Made by a program: the position numbers and the translations under genes. A DNA stretch of 53,568 nucleotides from a virus (taxonomy: Duplodnaviria; Heunggongvirae; Uroviricota; Caudoviricetes), in the IMG/VR virus record IMGVR_UViG_3300048925_000677, positions 1 to 53,568 of that record; one strand, 5' to 3'. The notes beneath the pieces were generated by a model, which saw nothing but the letters and a program-made list of their open reading frames with translations, was not told the DNA's origin and searched no databases. Below, piece by piece: positions 50,783 to 53,568 of the stretch; the stretch's first letter is position 1; each line of letters starts with the position of its first letter.

Positions 50783-52002
50783 TAGTTTCCTTTCCCGCCG
50801 GTTTTGGCAGAAGTGGTTGGCGCCGTGCCCTTCTCTTGGGGCGGCGTGCCGAGTTCGACAAAGTTGGCGGGCTGTAGATGGATGTCGCCGTTCTCGATGG
50901 GTTCGCGTTCCTCAAGGGCGCGAACCTCATTGACGGACAGCCACCCGTTCTGGAGGGCGATCATGTAGGCCTCGTTGCGGCTCTTGTGGTCACCGCGCAG
51001 GAGTGCGTCGACGTTGAACTTGGAGAACTGGCCGCGGGGCAGGATCAGGTCGAATGCCTGCTCGATGCACACCAGCCAGGGCGCCAGAGTGTCGACGACG
51101 AAGCCGATGGACATGTGCTCGATGCCCGAGCCGAACGATGTCGACTTCTCGGTGTCGCCGAGTTTGTGCAGCGGGATGCCGAACATCATTGCGATGTCGT
51201 GCCGCTGGAAGGAGCGAGTCTCCAGGAACTGAGACTCTTCCGGCGTGATCTTGATCGACTGCCACTTCATGTTGTTGCCGAGGACGGCCGGGATGCGGCG
51301 GTTGCGGTGCGCGCGCATCCAGCTCTGCAGGGTGCGCTTCACCTGGCCCTCGTCGAGGTCCATTTCCGTGGTGAGAATGCCCGAGGGGTTCGAGGAGTCC
51401 TTGAACCATCGCAGGCCGTACTGCTCGGCCGAGAAGCCAAGGTCAATCGTGGTAGCGGCCAAAGCAACCGGCGAAAGGCTCACCGGGCAGCCGGCTGTCG
51501 GGTAGCGCTTGATGTGGAATACATCCGCGCTGTCGACGAGCTTGCCCTTGATGCGGTACCGCGGGCGCGTCCAGTCGGCGCTGCCGTCCTTCGGGTTGTC
51601 GATGCTCACATCATCGGGATGGACGGGCAGGATGGCCGTGGGCCACATGTTCTTGTCGCGCGCCGTCACGTAGCCGAATGCGTTGCCGGTCACCGCCAAT
51701 GACTGCACCATCATCCACAGCCAGTCCCGCCAGGTCATGTCGGGATAAGGGCTCTGAATGAGTTGCGGCATCGGCTTCACGGGCGCCCGGACGCCGTCCT
51801 TGCGCTTGTAGGCGTTCAGCGGCAGTGAGGACACCGAGTCCGCGAGGATGCGCACACAGGCGAAGAACGCCAGCAGCTTCATCGGATCGCCACCGCCACC
51901 GAAGCCGCCCACGGACTCTTCGGACCACTTCGGGAGGCTCTCAAGCTTGGTGATAGTGCGCGCTTCAGGGGCGCCAGTCCATGCCCGGCTCAGAAAACTC
52001 AT
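50782..52002 (-). CDS. portal protein, HK97 family
   Basis: AC.RILADSVSSLPL, GNAF, QFLETR.F...DIA..FGIP, LAPWL..IEQ. Confidence 0.95.
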   Translation of the reverse strand: MSFLSRAWTGAPEARTITKLESLPKWSEESVGGFGGGGDPMKLLAFFACVRILADSVSSLPLNAYKRKDGVRAPVKPMPQLIQSPYPDMTWRDWLWMMVQSLAVTGNAFGYVTARDKNMWPTAILPVHPDDVSIDNPKDGSADWTRPRYRIKGKLVDSADVFHIKRYPTAGCPVSLSPVALAATTIDLGFSAEQYGLRWFKDSSNPSGILTTEMDLDEGQVKRTLQSWMRAHRNRRIPAVLGNNMKWQSIKITPEESQFLETRSFQRHDIAMMFGIPLHKLGDTEKSTSFGSGIEHMSIGFVVDTLAPWLVCIEQAFDLILPRGQFSKFNVDALLRGDHKSRNEAYMIALQNGWLSVNEVRALEEREPIENGDIHLQPANFVELGTPPQEKGTAPTTSAKTGGKGN

Positions 52003-52202
52003 TCAGCCACCACAATCTGCTTTGGCGACTTCTTAGGCGGGTCGACAGCCAAGCCGACGACGAACAGCAAGATGCCGCCGATAATGAAGGCCAGCCAGGG
52101 CGCCAGGAGGTAGCAGCCCGTGGTCACCGCGGCGACGCCGGCGAGTTCGAATAGCCCGGAAAGAATTGGGCGATAGTCAATCTGCCGAGAAGGCTCGGTC
52201 AA
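51999..52202 (-). CDS. small membrane protein between terminase and portal
   Basis: Two hydrophobic segments; GTGA/ATGA overlaps. Confidence 0.75.
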   Translation of the reverse strand: MTEPSRQIDYRPILSGLFELAGVAAVTTGCYLLAPWLAFIIGGILLFVVGLAVDPPKKSPKQIVVAE

Positions 52203-53568
52203 TTTTCCTCCTCGTCATAGAGCCAGGCGTCGAAGTTCTCGTCGCCCCAGCTATCGATTTCTTCGTCGGTTGCGGTGTAGATGAATGCCTCGACCGGCCT
52301 GGCGCCGTGGGCGATTACCGCCCAGCGGGCGAGAGTGATGGCCATTAGGCGGGAGTACGAGGCGTCGTCGACCTCGTCGTCCCACACGAACCCGCCGCTC
52401 GGCAGGTCGCGCTTGATGGCGTTAGAGACTGAACTGGTGAGACGTGGGTCGTTGCCGTGGGAGATAACGGGAATACCCGCCGCGAATACGTCATTGAGCA
52501 AACCGCCGCAGCCCTGCGCCTCCTCCGTGATGGAGGGAACGATGGGCTCCACGCCAATGGCGCGGATGTCGGGCAGGATGTCGCTAGCCGCGCCGCGGCC
52601 GACGATGATCGCCGCCACGTCCCACGACGTGATGATCTCCAAGAAGTACTTGAGGACGACGTCGGCGGGCTCAGTGCCCGAATAGCCAACCTCCATATGG
52701 ATTCGGTTGATGACCGTCTGGGAGTCCTCGTTGAACTCCTCAGTGCGCCACGCCGCGGCAATCGTCCACGGACCGCCCTCAGGGGCCCGGTAGATCGCGA
52801 CCACGGGGCGACCGGTGAAGATCGGCTCCAGGTCGATCAGAGCCTCCCAGCGCGCGCGCGGGATCTCAGAGCGGCCGTCACCAAAGGCTGGCCAGTCGCC
52901 GACGCCGAGTCGGTCAACGCCGAAGTCGCGAAGGTTCGCGACCATCTCCTGGTACTCGTCGGCGATCTTGTCCTCGGTCTGGCGATATCCCAAGCCGGGG
53001 TTGGCCATTGCCCAGTACTTGCGCTCGCCGAACTTCTTCGGGTCGAGGTCGTCGGGGGCGGACCACTCCAGGAAACAGAGACGGTTGCGCTCGCCGGACT
53101 CCAGTTGCTGGAGCGCGCGGTAACGGACGCCGCCGAAGGTTCCGCAGTGCGGGTGGGTGCGCTGATCCGCCGCGGTGCCGGTGTAGATCACCTGCGGGTT
53201 GGGCCGGGCCGACACGGTAGGCAGTAGGGCCTTCAGCGATCCCGGGGTGATGTGCATGGCCTCGTCGAGGATCAGGCGGTCAGCGGTCAAGCCGATGCCC
53301 GAGCGGTCCGTACGGGTTTGGAACATGATCTTGGCGCCCGGGTTGGGGCCATCCAGGATCTCGATGCTCTCGGCGCCGTGGGCCTGCTTCGCCTTGTACT
53401 TCAAGCCGGACTTGGCGAGCAGCGATTCGAGACGCTCCATCGCGTTGACGGCGGTCTTGAACTCGTGGGCGGAGTGGATGATGAGGCGCTCACCGAACAG
53501 GATCAGGCCGGCCAGCTCCAGGGCTTCGAGGATCGAGCCCTTCCCGTTCTGACGCGAAACCACAAGGC
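52199..53568 (-). CDS. terL: terminase large subunit (5'-truncated at window edge)
   Basis: SRQNGKG Walker A, LILDEA Walker B, ANPGLG, C-terminal nuclease region. Confidence 0.95.
   Translation of the reverse strand, partial: LVVSRQNGKGSILEALELAGLILFGERLIIHSAHEFKTAVNAMERLESLLAKSGLKYKAKQAHGAESIEILDGPNPGAKIMFQTRTDRSGIGLTADRLILDEAMHITPGSLKALLPTVSARPNPQVIYTGTAADQRTHPHCGTFGGVRYRALQQLESGERNRLCFLEWSAPDDLDPKKFGERKYWAMANPGLGYRQTEDKIADEYQEMVANLRDFGVDRLGVGDWPAFGDGRSEIPRARWEALIDLEPIFTGRPVVAIYRAPEGGPWTIAAAWRTEEFNEDSQTVINRIHMEVGYSGTEPADVVLKYFLEIITSWDVAAIIVGRGAASDILPDIRAIGVEPIVPSITEEAQGCGGLLNDVFAAGIPVISHGNDPRLTSSVSNAIKRDLPSGGFVWDDEVDDASYSRLMAITLARWAVIAHGARPVEAFIYTATDEEIDSWGDENFDAWLYDEEEN

Noticed and set aside
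1-53568. Many long opposite-strand or alternate-frame ORFs in the track (e.g. 31351-32775 +, 48217-49542 +, 36025-37044 +, 38673-39809 +, 33915-34907 -)
   Set aside because: They shadow well-supported genes, have Arg/Ala/Pro-rich low-complexity translations typical of high-GC codon bias, and show no motifs or SD
1-53568. Integrase, repressor, att sites, tRNA genes, CRISPR arrays, reverse transcriptase/DGR
   Set aside because: No matching motifs or repeat-spacer structure seen; lifestyle (temperate or lytic) cannot be decided from this window

Overview
High-GC tailed (siphovirus-type) actinophage genome segment, most consistent with a mycobacteriophage or Mycobacterium prophage (LysB, Lsr2, DUF3039, DUF2746-like lysis gene). 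No integrase, repressor, tRNA or CRISPR array is visible in the window. Two convergent arms. (i) + strand, 1-13623: densely overlapped early/accessory genes, including Pth2, a GGQ-less release-factor-like domain, a cREC-like receiver domain, an R2K-like ATP-grasp, Lsr2, an HNH nuclease, DUF3039 and many Cys-rich microproteins, with one reverse-oriented glycosyltransferase. (ii) - strand, 53568 to 13726: terminase, portal, HK97 protease and capsid, then a ~5.6 kb insertion (three oppositely oriented paralogs; three glycosyltransferases, a nucleotide-sugar dehydrogenase, a lipoprotein peptidase and a stand-alone EF-Tu domain II-like protein). After it come head-tail genes, major tail, chaperones, tape measure, minor tail proteins (SGNH active/dead pair, clan-A glycoside hydrolase), LysA, holin, LysB and an NrdH-like redoxin. 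The best candidates for undescribed biology are a dispersed translation-rescue/mimicry kit, a glycan-synthesis island inside the virion operon, and a shared palindromic promoter element linking two distant cassettes. All family assignments come from manual motif recognition, not database searches.
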